NCBI GenBank assembly: GCA_041489255.1
Contig: JBGPQV010000022.1
Span: forward strand, 1 to 44,258
DNA from: Thermoplasmata archaeon
GTDB taxonomy: Archaea; Thermoplasmatota; Thermoplasmata; RBG-16-68-12; JAFNFQ01
Length of the DNA stretch: 44,258 nucleotides
Reading direction: 5' to 3'
Shown in pieces: positions 19,421 through 29,408 of this stretch. The position numbers and the translations under genes are program-made. The notes beneath the pieces are model-generated. The model saw only the letters and a list, made by a program, of their open reading frames with translations. It ran no database searches and had not been told where the DNA came from. Numbering within the stretch: the stretch's first letter is position 1; the number at the start of each line of letters is the position of its first letter.

Positions 19421-20125
19421 ATGAATCCCATTGCCCCGACTACATACACGGCCCTGCTGGCGGTGCTTACCAAGAAGGAGACCTCGCAACGCGATCTCGC
19501 ACGGGAACTCGGGGTCTCGCTCGGACAGACTAACAAGGTGTTCCAATGGCTTGAGCAGAACCGCTTCGTCGAGAGGACCGCGGCCACGGGCCGAGCGACC
19601 GGTAAGGCGAAGCGGGACGTCTACGTCCTCACGAATCCGACCGGTCTGCTACGGGCGGTCAGCCTCTTCAGGGACATGAGCCGCCTCAGGCTCTTCACCA
19701 TGGCGGTTGACACACCGAGGGGGGACCTGCTCTCCGACCTTCGAGAGCACTATGTCATCTTCTGCCTCGGGACCGCCCTCGAGAGGTTCAGCAAGTTCTA
19801 CAGGTCCGACGAGGTCTCCTTTTACGCGGTCGGCGGTGCCGGACGCGGCCGGGCTGACGAACTGCGTGAGAGCTTGGCTGCAAGGAGAGAGGGAATAACC
19901 CGCCTGGCGTGCTACTCCCTGGACACTCGGACGCACGGACGCAGGGAGCGCGAAGACGTGAGACCCCGGGAGGCCATCGACAGGTTGACGGGCTGCGGCT
20001 TCGCCGAGAAGACCACGAAGGGAGCATTCACCACCAAAGTGCAGACCGTGGTTGACCTGTTCTGCGACGGGAAGGCCTTCGCCGCGAGAGACCTCCTGAA
20101 GGAGCTGTGGGGGATCAACCTCTGA
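19421..20125 (+). CDS. wHTH (MarR-like) protein resembling type IV TA antitoxins; no partner toxin follows
   Basis: TSQRDLARELGVSLGQTNKVFQWLE HTH, plus FCLGTAL and QTVVDLFC motifs. Confidence 0.8.
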   Translation: MNPIAPTTYTALLAVLTKKETSQRDLARELGVSLGQTNKVFQWLEQNRFVERTAATGRATGKAKRDVYVLTNPTGLLRAVSLFRDMSRLRLFTMAVDTPRGDLLSDLREHYVIFCLGTALERFSKFYRSDEVSFYAVGGAGRGRADELRESLAARREGITRLACYSLDTRTHGRREREDVRPREAIDRLTGCGFAEKTTKGAFTTKVQTVVDLFCDGKAFAARDLLKELWGINL

Positions 20126-20138
20126 GGGCGGAGGACGA

Positions 20139-20303
20139 CTACTTGCGAGGGAGCAGAGGACGAAGGCCTTGGAGGTCCAGGAACATCGTCCTGTTCTCTT
20201 TCCTCCGTTCGCGCGCCGTCTCGAACGTCATCTCCTCGAATGGCAGGACCCGTGACTCCGCGAGGTCGATGCTCGCGGGATGGGCAAAACAGGAGGCTGC
20301 CAT
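20139..20303 (-). pseudogene. 54-aa ORF, probably an internally deleted GNAT-type toxin gene
   Basis: GGAGG RBS; MAASCFAHPASIDLAESRVLPFEEMTFETARERRKENRTMFLDLQGLRPLLPRK. RTMFLDL resembles GNAT toxin C-termini, but the acetyl-CoA-binding core is absent. Confidence 0.4.
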
Positions 20304-20321
20304 CTTCCTCCCGAGGGGAGA

Positions 20322-20483
20322 CTAGTCTTTCCTGCGGTTCTTCCCTTCGGAATGCGAGAAAGCCACGAAACCCTCTTTGAAGAGCCGCCTCTGGGCCCCG
20401 GAAAGCTTGAAATCCCGCAGACGCTCAAGGAACTTCTCGCTATCCCTCCCCTTGATTGCAGGAATAGGTTCTGGATAAGCCAT
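20322..20483 (-). CDS. 53-aa small protein, antitoxin-like (below the ORF-track cutoff)
   Basis: MAYPEPIPAIKGRDSEKFLERLRDFKLSGAQRRLFKEG...; the P-x-x-x-G-x-D-x-E-x-FL pattern is recalled from small proteins preceding GNAT genes. Confidence 0.55.
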   Translation of the reverse strand: MAYPEPIPAIKGRDSEKFLERLRDFKLSGAQRRLFKEGFVAFSHSEGKNRRKD

Positions 20484-20662
20484 GTGGTTTTCCCCCAAGG
20501 AAGCCGTGGATTTCTTTCTTGCGATGACGATATGATATTGCGGGCTACTTAATCGCTTTGCCGTTTATGGCTTCATGCCGGAATCAGCTGGGACCGCCCG
20601 TTAAGCCTGGCGGCGCAGTGATAGACCTGGAAGCACGTGGATCGAAGCAGTAAGGCGTTGGA

Positions 20663-22177
20663 CTATGATGTAGCCTTCACCCGGTCGTGTTGTGCCATCT
20701 TGGCCAGTCTCTCGACTTCCTTCATATCCAGCCTGAGTCCCTCGGCGACCCGGCGGCCATAGTCCGGGTCCACCTTGAAGAACAAAGCAGTCTGGCGGAG
20801 CTGTATGCGTCCCTGCGCGCCCCCGAGATGACCGACGATGTTGCCTATCAGGTTCTCGCGATCCTGGTCGGTCATCACGTCCCGGTACAGGTTCCCGGCC
20901 TGGACGAAATCATCGTCGGGGCGCGTGAAGGGATGGCGGTCGGCCATGCCCGATGTCTCGAAGGGAGGTTCTTTCGAAGAGATGTCCGGCTCCGGGCCGT
21001 TGTAACTGTTCGGCCAGTAGTTCGGGCCGCCACCGCCATTCGCATCGGAGCGCATGAACCCGTCACGCTGGTAGCTCCTCTCGGGCGCGTTCTTGGGCGC
21101 GTTCACCGGCAGCAGGTGATAGTTCGGCCCGAGCCTGTGGACGTGGGTATCGTGATACGAGAAGAGACGCGCCTGGAGCATCTTGTCCGGAGAGGCGGCG
21201 ATGCCGGGCACCAGGTTCCCCGGGCAGAACGCGGCCTGCTCGACCTCCGTGAAGTAGTTCTCGGGGTTGCGGTTCAGGACGAGCTTTCCGACCTCAATCA
21301 ACGGGAAGTCGGCGTGAGGCCACACCTTCGTGATGTCGAATATGTCCCAGCGGTAGTCCTCCGCCTGCTCGGGGGTCATTATCTGCATCTGGAGGGTCCA
21401 TGACGGGTAGTCCCCGCGCTTGATCGCCTCGTGGAGGTCCCTCGTGGCGTGGTCCGGGTCCTTGGAGCGCAGGACTTCCGCTTCCTGCCGGGTGAGGTTC
21501 TTGATCCCCTGGTCCGTCTTGAAATGATACTGCACCCAGAAGTGCTCGCCCTTCTCGTTGTACCACTTGAACGTGTGACTGCTGTAGCCGTTCATGTGCC
21601 GGTACGTGGCGGGTGTCCCGCGGTCCGAGAAGAGGATGGTCACCTGGTGGATCGACTCGGGCGTCAGGGAGAGGAAATCCCAGAACATGTCCGGGTCTTT
21701 GCAGTTGGTCGCCGGGTTGCGCTTCTGCGTGTGTATGAAATCCGCGAACTTCAACGGGTCGCGGATGAAGAACACAGGGGTGTTGTTCCCGACGAGATCG
21801 TAGTTGCCCTCCTCGGTGTAGAACTTCACCGCGAATCCACGCGGGTCGCGCTCGGCGTCTGCCGAACCCTTCTCCCCTCCGACGGTGGAGAAGCGGGCGA
21901 ACACCTCGGTTCTCTTGCCGACCTTGGAGAGGAACTTCGCCTTCGTGTATCCCGTGACGTCCGCCGTGACCTCGAAGTACCCACCCGCTCCGGCCCCCTT
22001 CGCGTGCACCACGCGCTCAGGGATGCGCTCACGGTCGAAATGAGTCAGCTTCTCCAGCAGGTGGACGTCCTGCATCAGGACAGGCCCCCGTTCTCCTGCG
22101 GTCAGGCTGTTCTGATCGTCACCGACAGGTATTCCGAAAGCAGTGGTCAACCTATTCTTCTTGCCTTTCTCGCTCAT
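20663..22177 (-). CDS. katA: Monofunctional heme catalase (small subunit)
   Basis: [41 protein letters not shown] and the proximal heme motif RLFSYHDT; 504 aa. Confidence 0.98.
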   Translation of the reverse strand: MSEKGKKNRLTTAFGIPVGDDQNSLTAGERGPVLMQDVHLLEKLTHFDRERIPERVVHAKGAGAGGYFEVTADVTGYTKAKFLSKVGKRTEVFARFSTVGGEKGSADAERDPRGFAVKFYTEEGNYDLVGNNTPVFFIRDPLKFADFIHTQKRNPATNCKDPDMFWDFLSLTPESIHQVTILFSDRGTPATYRHMNGYSSHTFKWYNEKGEHFWVQYHFKTDQGIKNLTRQEAEVLRSKDPDHATRDLHEAIKRGDYPSWTLQMQIMTPEQAEDYRWDIFDITKVWPHADFPLIEVGKLVLNRNPENYFTEVEQAAFCPGNLVPGIAASPDKMLQARLFSYHDTHVHRLGPNYHLLPVNAPKNAPERSYQRDGFMRSDANGGGGPNYWPNSYNGPEPDISSKEPPFETSGMADRHPFTRPDDDFVQAGNLYRDVMTDQDRENLIGNIVGHLGGAQGRIQLRQTALFFKVDPDYGRRVAEGLRLDMKEVERLAKMAQHDRVKATS

Positions 22178-22273
22178 AAGTGCGACTCCCCTCTTGCGCT
22201 CGTTCGCAAGTCAGCAATCTGGGAGATAAGAATGTTGCGAATTATGGGGCGCACCGAGATTGTTGCAGGATGA

Positions 22274-22340
22274 CCTTCAAGCGAGGATGTCCGCCCAGCT
22301 AACGATGCCTCCGATCCTGCCATCAATCCCCCCAAGCAAG
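22274..22340 (-). repeat. CBS-gene 3'-fragment repeat, copy R4 (short, diverged)
   Basis: Translates GIDGRIGGIVSWADIL; DNA GAGGATGTCCGCCCAGCTAACGATGCCTCCGA matches the repeat core. Confidence 0.8.
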
Positions 22341-22357
22341 GTCGGATGGATGATCGC

Positions 22358-22493
22358 GCCGAGCTCGCGTTCGAGACGGTCAGCACGTGGGGGGCGCGGA
22401 TAGCGAGGGGCAGGGCGGGGGCGGCGCAAGTTCAGGCGGCGGTTCCACCTCGGGAAGGACGCGGTCTTCAACTGGGGGATGGAGGACAGCCAC
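22358..22493 (+). pseudogene. Internal, frameshifted remnant of a probable LCM-type O-methyltransferase gene
   Basis: AELAFETVSTWGARIA.../KFRRRFHLGKDAVFNWGMEDSH; shares the RRFHL DNA segment with the 11544 relic. Confidence 0.4.
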
Positions 22494-22521
22494 AATGACA
22501 GGGAAATTTGGGGTCGCCGGA

Positions 22522-23226
22522 CTAATCTTGCTTCGCCAGAAGGCCTTTCACCAAACCTTCGAGTCTTTCGTCGCATGTGTCAACGAAGTGCTGAAACTCC
22601 TTTGCATCACGATTCCTGAAGACAATCGATAGGCCCAACTCGGATTCTGGTCTGGCTATCGACGGTTCTATGTAGATCTCGAAGTAATCTGGACTGTCGA
22701 TCTTTGAATCTGCAGCGATTAGACGCGCGGTGAACAACGACATGTCTTTTCCATAACTCTTGGCAGCAAGTTTCAACAGGGTAGCATTCTTGCACGATCC
22801 GCGCATGGCAATCGACGCATTTCGAGTGAGAACCTTGTATCGCGCTTGCAGTTCATGAAAGCGGATTCTCTCTTGTGATACGAGAGCTTCCGAGACTAAA
22901 TTGTCAAGGATTTCGCGAAGCTTTTCGTAATTTGAGAGGGAGTCGCCACCGGAAACCCCGATGAATTGCCGCTCCGTGCTCACGTCCACCAGATGACGAT
23001 CCTTCCTTGCCACGGGTCCTGATGCCGCAAGGCCCATCGATAGCGGTCCCAATGGAGGTTCAGGCGGCAGCGGTTGGAGGAGGTGGAAGCCGAGGTTGAC
23101 AAGGCATTTCGCAAGGCCCCGCACATCAAGAGGAAACACGATGTAATCGAATCTCGCACTGGATCGTGACGAGATTCCCTCAATCTTGAAATCGGAAGAG
23201 GGTTTCTGCTTCAGCTCACGTTTCAT
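22522..23226 (-). CDS. Hypothetical protein
   Basis: Long ORF in a visibly lower-GC segment; ATGA overlap with the upstream wHTH gene. Confidence 0.75.
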   Translation of the reverse strand: MKRELKQKPSSDFKIEGISSRSSARFDYIVFPLDVRGLAKCLVNLGFHLLQPLPPEPPLGPLSMGLAASGPVARKDRHLVDVSTERQFIGVSGGDSLSNYEKLREILDNLVSEALVSQERIRFHELQARYKVLTRNASIAMRGSCKNATLLKLAAKSYGKDMSLFTARLIAADSKIDSPDYFEIYIEPSIARPESELGLSIVFRNRDAKEFQHFVDTCDERLEGLVKGLLAKQD

Positions 23227-23846
23227 CGTATCACCTGGCCGCTCAGGCAAGGTTCGTCACTCCCCACAGCAGTATTGCATTCATAGCTGGATCCGCTCTC
23301 CGTAAGACTTGAGACGTTCACCGCGAACGGACGATAGGTCGGCGGACCAATGGGCTCTTCCATTGACTTGCGGTCGGGATGTTCCTCGGTATTAGTCCAC
23401 GTCAAAGCCGTCGGCTCCGTAAAGTAAATCGCATGAATCTTCGAAGGAGACGGCTTCTTCGAGCGGACTGCTTCTTCGGGGGATTCGAACAGCTCCGGCC
23501 TGAATAATCTGGGAAGCGGGAATGTTTGTCCCAGTTCTATGCCCTCATCTCGTCTGATCTCGTTTTCCAATTGTCCCATTGCCATGACGTCCGCGAGGTA
23601 TACTACCGCCTTCCCTCTGGGATCCGTTTTATTGAGCTGGTAGTAGTCACACTTGCCCAATCTTTCTTTAACAACGAGCATTCCATCTTTCAAGAGCCTT
23701 CGAACATGGATGTAGACGGCCCTTTTCGAGACTCTTGTGATTCGTACTATCTCGGGCACTGAAAGAGTCTCGTCCGAGTTCTCTGCGAATGCTTCTACCA
23801 CAGCCACTCTTGGTGACGCCCCAAGGAGCTTCGTTAGTATCCCCAT
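23223..23846 (-). CDS. wHTH protein with low-complexity C-terminal extension
   Basis: Start MGILTKLLG follows an AGGTGG RBS; LSVPEIVRITRVSKRAVYIHVRRLLKDG HTH, similar in type to 11717..12061. Confidence 0.8.
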   Translation of the reverse strand: MGILTKLLGASPRVAVVEAFAENSDETLSVPEIVRITRVSKRAVYIHVRRLLKDGMLVVKERLGKCDYYQLNKTDPRGKAVVYLADVMAMGQLENEIRRDEGIELGQTFPLPRLFRPELFESPEEAVRSKKPSPSKIHAIYFTEPTALTWTNTEEHPDRKSMEEPIGPPTYRPFAVNVSSLTESGSSYECNTAVGSDEPCLSGQVIR

Positions 23847-23959
23847 GTTACCACCTTTTAGAGAGCGACGCAAGTATAAAAAGTATCCTTTATGGGTATC
23901 AAGAATGTTCGCTATCCCGTTTGTGAAGCTTATAAAACGAGAGTGGGATAAGAGCCCCC

Positions 23960-24268
23960 GTGGTCGGCGATTCCGTTGCGGAGATAGTTCAAGGCCTGGC
24001 TGACGAAGAGAAGACCCTGCTAGAGGAGCTGCCCAGAATAGCGAAATCTGATCGCAACAATACATTCTTTGAATCGCAGCTTGAGAGACGCAAGAAGTGT
24101 TTCGAGATAGAAGTTAGGGACGTTCTGAAGGCCTTGAGCAATAGGGGATTGGTCTCTTTCGTTGGTGGAAGCCGATGGCGAACTACGCCGCTTGGAAGAA
24201 AAGTCTCACATGCTGTGTTCGATGATATGATGTCCAAGAAATACCCATCCTTGACTATTCGGAAGTAG
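23960..24268 (+). CDS. Small wHTH-like protein, divergently transcribed
   Basis: VLKALSNRGLVSFVGGSRWRTTPLGRKV wing motif; TATAAAA upstream. Confidence 0.6.
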   Translation: MVGDSVAEIVQGLADEEKTLLEELPRIAKSDRNNTFFESQLERRKKCFEIEVRDVLKALSNRGLVSFVGGSRWRTTPLGRKVSHAVFDDMMSKKYPSLTIRK

Positions 24269-24420
24269 ATGCTTGCAGCTATCCCAACAGGCTTTCTCTG
24301 CTATGCGTTTTATTGTTGAAGTCACTGCGGCACTCAGAGGGAGCGACTGCGATGAAGCCAAGTCTTTGCGCAGAATTATTGCCTGCTCCTGGACGGCGCC
24401 CCCCACCTTTCACCGTATCC

Positions 24421-24575
24421 TCACAACCGCATCCGTGCGACAAGAACCGGCGGTATCTCCCTGTAGTTCCCCCAACCGAGCGGCCTCTTCGCCTCCGCCC
24501 TCTCGTCGAACACGGGCTCCTCCAGTCCGTCCAGGACGAACCCCGCCTCGAGGCATGAACCGAAGAACGATATGT
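24421..24575 (-). pseudogene. 3' fragment of a class I SAM methyltransferase gene
   Basis: Translates FFGSCLEAGFVLDGLEEPVFDERAEAKRPLGWGNYREIPPVLVARMRL*; AGFxxDxLEEP is a typical MTase C-terminal motif. Confidence 0.75.
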
Positions 24576-24650
24576 CATGGTCGATCATTGTGCTTCGACA
24601 GTGATCGTGATCTTACTTGTCCGTCTAGGATGTGCATGCATCAAGCGCAA

Positions 24651-26699
24651 TCATGCAGGCTTCTTTCCACGAGGCGTGGCCTGCTCATCCTCACCGGAAG
24701 AGCCAGTCTTGCTGCTGGCCGGCGCTCTCTTCCGCCGCCAAGCGAGTAGCAGGATCAGTAGTGCGCCCACCAGGATGGCGACAATCAGCCACACGCGCCA
24801 GTCCTGCAGAAAGCCACCGGCATTGTCGGTCGGTCCGGAGAATCTGAAAGATCCGCTCGCAGAGCCCCAGTTGCCCGCATCATCCCAAGCCAGCACGACA
24901 TACGAGTAGTCGCCCCCGGTCTGGGAGACGAAATTGACATGGCAATGCCATGAGGCGTCGCATGTCATGGTCAGGTTCTGGGTCGTGCCGTCCGGCGCTG
25001 TGATGTTCACGCGGACTCCCGCCACTCCGACATCATCCGACGCGCTCGCGGTGATGCTGACGTAGCCGCCGATGGCCTGCGGGTCAGGGGAATCGCTGGC
25101 CTGGACCAATGGATGCGTGTGGTCAGGCGGGCTGACGATGGTGAACTGGCCGGCGGTACTCGCCCAGTTGTCGGACGTGTCGTTGGCCCAGATAACGTAG
25201 TCATAGGTGCCGAGGGCGGCGAACGTTGCGTTGTATGTCCACAATGAGGTCGTTGGCTCATGGACCATGGAGCGATTGCCGAGATCGCTACCGCCGGGAT
25301 CGCTGATGCACACTAAGACGCTTGAAACGTCCCTGTTGTCCGTGGCGGTGGCGTTGATCCACACTGTTCTTCCTGTGATCTGCGGGTCGGGAGCGTCAAC
25401 GGCGGTCAACGTCGGGGGCGTGACATCCGGCGGCAGAACGACGGTGAAGGTCCCCGAGTCGTGGCCCCAGTTCAGGAAAATGTCCCCCGCCCATATGGTG
25501 TAGCTATAGGTCCCGATGTCCGAGAAGAAGAGGCCGACCTCCCACTTGCCGCTCGACGCGAGGTACGTCATGGTATGGTTGCCTATCAGGGCTGCAGACG
25601 GGTCCCTCACCTCCAGCGTCACCGTTTCCAGGGCGGTGTTTTCTTCGACGGTGGCATTGAACGCAATCGTGGCCCCTGTGACGACCGGATCGGGGCCATC
25701 GGCGGCGGAGACCGTCGGCGGGACCTCGTCCTTCCCGTCCCATCGCCACACCCTTGGGACGAGCCCCAGCCACGCATCCTCCCCGCTTATCGTGTACACG
25801 TAGCCGTTGTGATACGCCATTGCGTTCCTGCCGATGCCCGTCTCCGGCACGACAGGGCCGTTGCACCACAGGCCGCGGTCCGGGAGGTACACCTCCACTG
25901 GGATTGTGGTAGCTTGATGGCTACCCACGACTACTATCCTGTCGTCCATCGCGGCAGCCCCGTAGTCGCGCCGGGAGTCCTTTAACGGCGCGACGGGGGT
26001 CCAAGTGTTTGTCGCGGGGTCGTACCTTTCGACGTCGCTGATGGTGTTCGACCAGCCGAAGCCCCTGACGCCAGCTATCGCGTACATCGAGCCGTTCAGT
26101 GAGACCATCCTGTGACTCTTCCTCGGGACGATCATCGGTGCGACGCGCCACCACGTATCGTTGACGGGGTTATACGCCTCGACCACGTTTATCGACGTGC
26201 TATCCCCGCTGAGCCACCCACCGGAGAGATAGAGGATTCCGTTCAACGCCGCGACGGCGTAGTCGAGCCTGTTCGTCGGCGGGTAGGGCACGTCCACGAA
26301 GAGGCCTGTGGTGAAGTTGTAGTACATGGCGTCTGACCAAGAGTGGAGGATATACATCCTGTCCCCGATGACCGCGCTGTCGATGTCGTCGGACAAGGAA
26401 ACCGTTCCCTTGTCGAGCCAGGTGTCGTTGCCCGGATAGTAGACTTGGACGTTGCGGCCGATCGCGTAGATGGCGTCGCCGTATGCCTGGGCGGTGCCCC
26501 GCTGGGCGACAGGGATGGGAGCGCGCGCCTCCCATTCCCAGGGGCTGCCCGCCTCCGCATTGGGGACGAGGGGAGAGACGGAGAACAATGTTGCAGAGAT
26601 GAGCAACAGCGTCACCATTATTGTGATATGATTGCGTCCGAAGTCACGCACCGATTCAAGACCCGTTGACACGGATTGACCGCGCACGATTCCCTTCAT
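24651..26699 (-). CDS. Kelch-repeat + three Ig-like domain surface protein with C-terminal TM anchor
   Basis: Signal-like helix, Kelch motifs (LYLSGG..VEAYNPVNDTW), three D-x-x-PP...D.PDP Ig repeats, then TM + RRKR. Start placed at MKGIVR after GGTGAG. Confidence 0.9.
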   Translation of the reverse strand: MKGIVRGQSVSTGLESVRDFGRNHITIMVTLLLISATLFSVSPLVPNAEAGSPWEWEARAPIPVAQRGTAQAYGDAIYAIGRNVQVYYPGNDTWLDKGTVSLSDDIDSAVIGDRMYILHSWSDAMYYNFTTGLFVDVPYPPTNRLDYAVAALNGILYLSGGWLSGDSTSINVVEAYNPVNDTWWRVAPMIVPRKSHRMVSLNGSMYAIAGVRGFGWSNTISDVERYDPATNTWTPVAPLKDSRRDYGAAAMDDRIVVVGSHQATTIPVEVYLPDRGLWCNGPVVPETGIGRNAMAYHNGYVYTISGEDAWLGLVPRVWRWDGKDEVPPTVSAADGPDPVVTGATIAFNATVEENTALETVTLEVRDPSAALIGNHTMTYLASSGKWEVGLFFSDIGTYSYTIWAGDIFLNWGHDSGTFTVVLPPDVTPPTLTAVDAPDPQITGRTVWINATATDNRDVSSVLVCISDPGGSDLGNRSMVHEPTTSLWTYNATFAALGTYDYVIWANDTSDNWASTAGQFTIVSPPDHTHPLVQASDSPDPQAIGGYVSITASASDDVGVAGVRVNITAPDGTTQNLTMTCDASWHCHVNFVSQTGGDYSYVVLAWDDAGNWGSASGSFRFSGPTDNAGGFLQDWRVWLIVAILVGALLILLLAWRRKRAPASSKTGSSGEDEQATPRGKKPA

Positions 26700-26858
26700 G
26701 CCCTCACCAACGTCCTTGGTGCCCTCAATAGAGTCCGGATATTCAATATTTCCCTCATGGACTCGGATAGAAAGCTTTCCGCGCCTTGCGTCCAGCATGC
26801 AAGGTCTTCTGGGCCGGAGGAACTGATGAATGACGGTTTGGACTTTTCCCGCCGATTC

Positions 26859-27068
26859 CTACGATCGTATCTGGGCGACAAGGGCCAGCGGCATCTCCCT
26901 GTGGTTCTTCCATCTGAGCAGCCTCTCCTGCGACGGCGCGACGAGGAGGGTGTGGAACTCGTTCCCCTCGCTCATCCTCCCGTCCCAGAAGTCCGCGTTC
27001 CGGTCCCAGACCTCCCTTGTCTCCCTGCTCGGGTCCCCTGGATTGCTTGGCAGTCCCTTCTCGCTCAT
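26859..27068 (-). pseudogene. Internally deleted class I SAM methyltransferase gene (N-terminus fused in frame to C-terminus)
   Basis: WDRNADFWDGRMSEGNEFHTLLVAPSQERLL (the pre-motif-I region of MTases) joins WKNHREMPLALVAQIRS*, which aligns to WGNYREIPPVLVARMRL* at 24421. Confidence 0.75.
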
Positions 27069-27137
27069 GTGCATCAGCGCGGGCGGAACGGATGGATGGG
27101 AATTAAGACTGCCACTGGTCTATGACAGGAGCCGGAA

Positions 27138-27302
27138 TCAATGCATCCTGATGCCAATCATGAGCCAACGCTTCCAGCTCTCGGCGTGGAACGAGACGGG
27201 ACGCCCCTTGTAGAAGAAGTCCGCGGTCCTCCCCGTGCCCATGCAGAGCATGCACTTCCCGTCGTCACAGAAGCAGGTCTCCCCCTCGACCTTATCTGTC
27301 AT
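27138..27302 (-). CDS. Small Cys-rich ORF (CxC..CxxCxGxG), possibly a remnant
   Basis: MTDKVEGETCFCDDGKCMLCMGTGR...; only one CxxCxGxG motif. Confidence 0.35.
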   Translation of the reverse strand: MTDKVEGETCFCDDGKCMLCMGTGRTADFFYKGRPVSFHAESWKRWLMIGIRMH

Positions 27303-27449
27303 CGCAGCGTCTCGGGGTGAGTCCCACTGCGCTTTGGAAAGCATATCGCACTCGTCCGCAAGCCTCTCCATTGCATTGCAGTTGCCCGGGGAAACCGGGT
27401 GAAGGGGCTATGGCTATGCGCGGTCATTTTCCGCTGGGGTGTTGTATGG

Positions 27450-29207
27450 CTATCTGTACCGGACGTACGGGATGCCGAACACGTTCGAGCAGTGCGCGAC
27501 CTTGAGGTCGTCGTTCGTGGTATCGTAGTAGCTGATGAGAGGCAGACCGTCGACACCGATCGTCACGGATGAGTACAAGCCGACGTTGCCCGTGGTGTCG
27601 AGTGCCGTTATTGTGGCGGCCGTGCACGCGACATCTGAGCAGTGAGCGACCTTGAGGTAGTCGTTCGTGGTGTCGTAATAGCTGATGAAGCCGAGACCGT
27701 CGGCGCCTATGGTCAGGGACGTGTGCCAACCTACATCGCCCGTGGAGTCGAGCGTGTAGTTGGTGGCGGTCGTGCACGCGGTGTTGGAGCAGTGAGCGAC
27801 CTTGAGGTCGCCATTGACGAGCTCGTAGTAGCTGATCAGGCCGAGGCCGTCAACGCCAATAGTCATCGACGTATGTCGGCCGACAAGGCCCGCGGTGTCG
27901 ATCGCGGAGACCGTTGCGGTCGTGCAGTTAACATCGGAACAGTGAGCGACCTTGAGGTCGTAGTTGGTTTCATCGTAGTAGCTGATGAGGCCCAGACTGT
28001 CCACGCCGATGGTCACGGATGTGTAGTAGCCTACATCGTCCAGGGCGTCGAGCGTGTAGTTGGTGGCGGTCGTGCAGGGGAGGTCCGAGCAATGAGCGAC
28101 TTTCAGGTCGCCGTTCGTGAAGTCCCTGTAGCTGATCAGTCCGAGGCCGTCGACGCCGATTGTCAATGACGGGTATGAGCCCACGTCGCCCGCGGTGTCG
28201 ATCGTGGTTACGGTGGCGGCCGTACAGGCGACGTTGGAACAGTGAGCGACCTTGAGATTGCGGTTCGTGAAGTCCCTGTAGCTGATCAGTCCGAGGCCGT
28301 CGGCGCCGATCGTCAGGGATGTGAGTTGGCCGACATCGCCCGCGCTGTCGAGGGTGGAGGTAGTGCCGGAAGTGCACGGTACGTTGGAGCAGTGAAAGAC
28401 CTTGAGGTTCCCGTTCATGTCGTCGTAGTAGCTGATGAGGCCGAGGCCATCGACGCCGATTGTCAGGGATGTGTATTGGCCGACATCGCCCGCGGTATCG
28501 ACGCTCGTTAGTGAGAACACGTCGCGTCCGATCCCGATCCCTGCCGGCCCCTGAGGTCCCTGCGGCCCTTGAGGCCCCTGTGGACCCTGGATCCCCTGTT
28601 CTCCCTGCGGTCCTTGAGGCCCCTGTGGACCTTGCAGCCCCTGCATTCCCTGTTCTCCCTGTGGGCCTTGCGGGCCCGGGTCGCCCTGAGGTCCCTGCGG
28701 ACCTTGAGGACCTTGTGGCCCCTGAATCCCTTGCTCTCCCTGTGGACCTTGCGGGCCCGGGTCGCCTTGAGGTCCCTGCGGACCTATCGGTCCCTGGGCT
28801 CCGGTAGCTCCCTGCGGTCCCGCAGGCCCTTGTGGTCCCTGCAGGCCTTGCAGCCCGGTTGGCCCCTGTGGACCCATGCAGTCAAGCACGTTGACGACGA
28901 GGTCCCCGTTCCTGTCCTCCGTCGCGGGGTCGCCAATTCCGTTCCCGTTCAGGTCCCAGCAGCTGATGCCATCCACGCCGTCCGCACCATCATCGCCAAT
29001 AGGCCCCTGCTGTCCCTGCGGTCCTGCCGGTCCTTGGATGCCGGTGGATCCCTGCTGCCCCGCCGCTCCCGTCACACCCGCCGGTCCCGGAATCGCGGCG
29101 GACAGGACGAGCGCTGCGGCGGCTAGGAAGACAGCGACGACACTCAGAACCTTGGACTCGCCTCCCGATCTAGGAGAGCTTGAACCCTCCGACTTCTGAT
29201 CTGACAT
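27450..29207 (-). CDS. Collagen-like + 7-repeat propeller protein (paralog 2), with a Cys-bounded acidic insert
   Basis: Same architecture as paralog 1; the Gly-X-Y tract is interrupted by [28 protein letters not shown]. Confidence 0.92.
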   Translation of the reverse strand: MSDQKSEGSSSPRSGGESKVLSVVAVFLAAAALVLSAAIPGPAGVTGAAGQQGSTGIQGPAGPQGQQGPIGDDGADGVDGISCWDLNGNGIGDPATEDRNGDLVVNVLDCMGPQGPTGLQGLQGPQGPAGPQGATGAQGPIGPQGPQGDPGPQGPQGEQGIQGPQGPQGPQGPQGDPGPQGPQGEQGMQGLQGPQGPQGPQGEQGIQGPQGPQGPQGPQGPAGIGIGRDVFSLTSVDTAGDVGQYTSLTIGVDGLGLISYYDDMNGNLKVFHCSNVPCTSGTTSTLDSAGDVGQLTSLTIGADGLGLISYRDFTNRNLKVAHCSNVACTAATVTTIDTAGDVGSYPSLTIGVDGLGLISYRDFTNGDLKVAHCSDLPCTTATNYTLDALDDVGYYTSVTIGVDSLGLISYYDETNYDLKVAHCSDVNCTTATVSAIDTAGLVGRHTSMTIGVDGLGLISYYELVNGDLKVAHCSNTACTTATNYTLDSTGDVGWHTSLTIGADGLGFISYYDTTNDYLKVAHCSDVACTAATITALDTTGNVGLYSSVTIGVDGLPLISYYDTTNDDLKVAHCSNVFGIPYVRYR

Positions 29208-29266
29208 GCAACGGAATACGGCTTGTCACATAATAGTTGTCCACAAGGGGGTCGTCGTATTGGAGC

Positions 29267-29293
29267 TCAACGCGGGCAGTAGACGGCGACGAG
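29267..29293 (-). pseudogene. 27-bp 3' remnant of the partner membrane-protein gene
   Basis: Reads LVAVYCPR*, versus LVAVYYPR* at 31238 and 2242, at the same distance upstream of the collagen start as in paralog 3. Confidence 0.8.
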
Positions 29294-29408
29294 CCATCCA
29301 TGGTGCGTCTCGGTGGTGTCTGGCCTGCAACAGCCTCGCTCCGTGTCCTCCGCGAGGTGTCCCTGACCTGCGCCTGCTCAAGACTCCTTCCGCCGAGGTC
29401 TCATCAGG

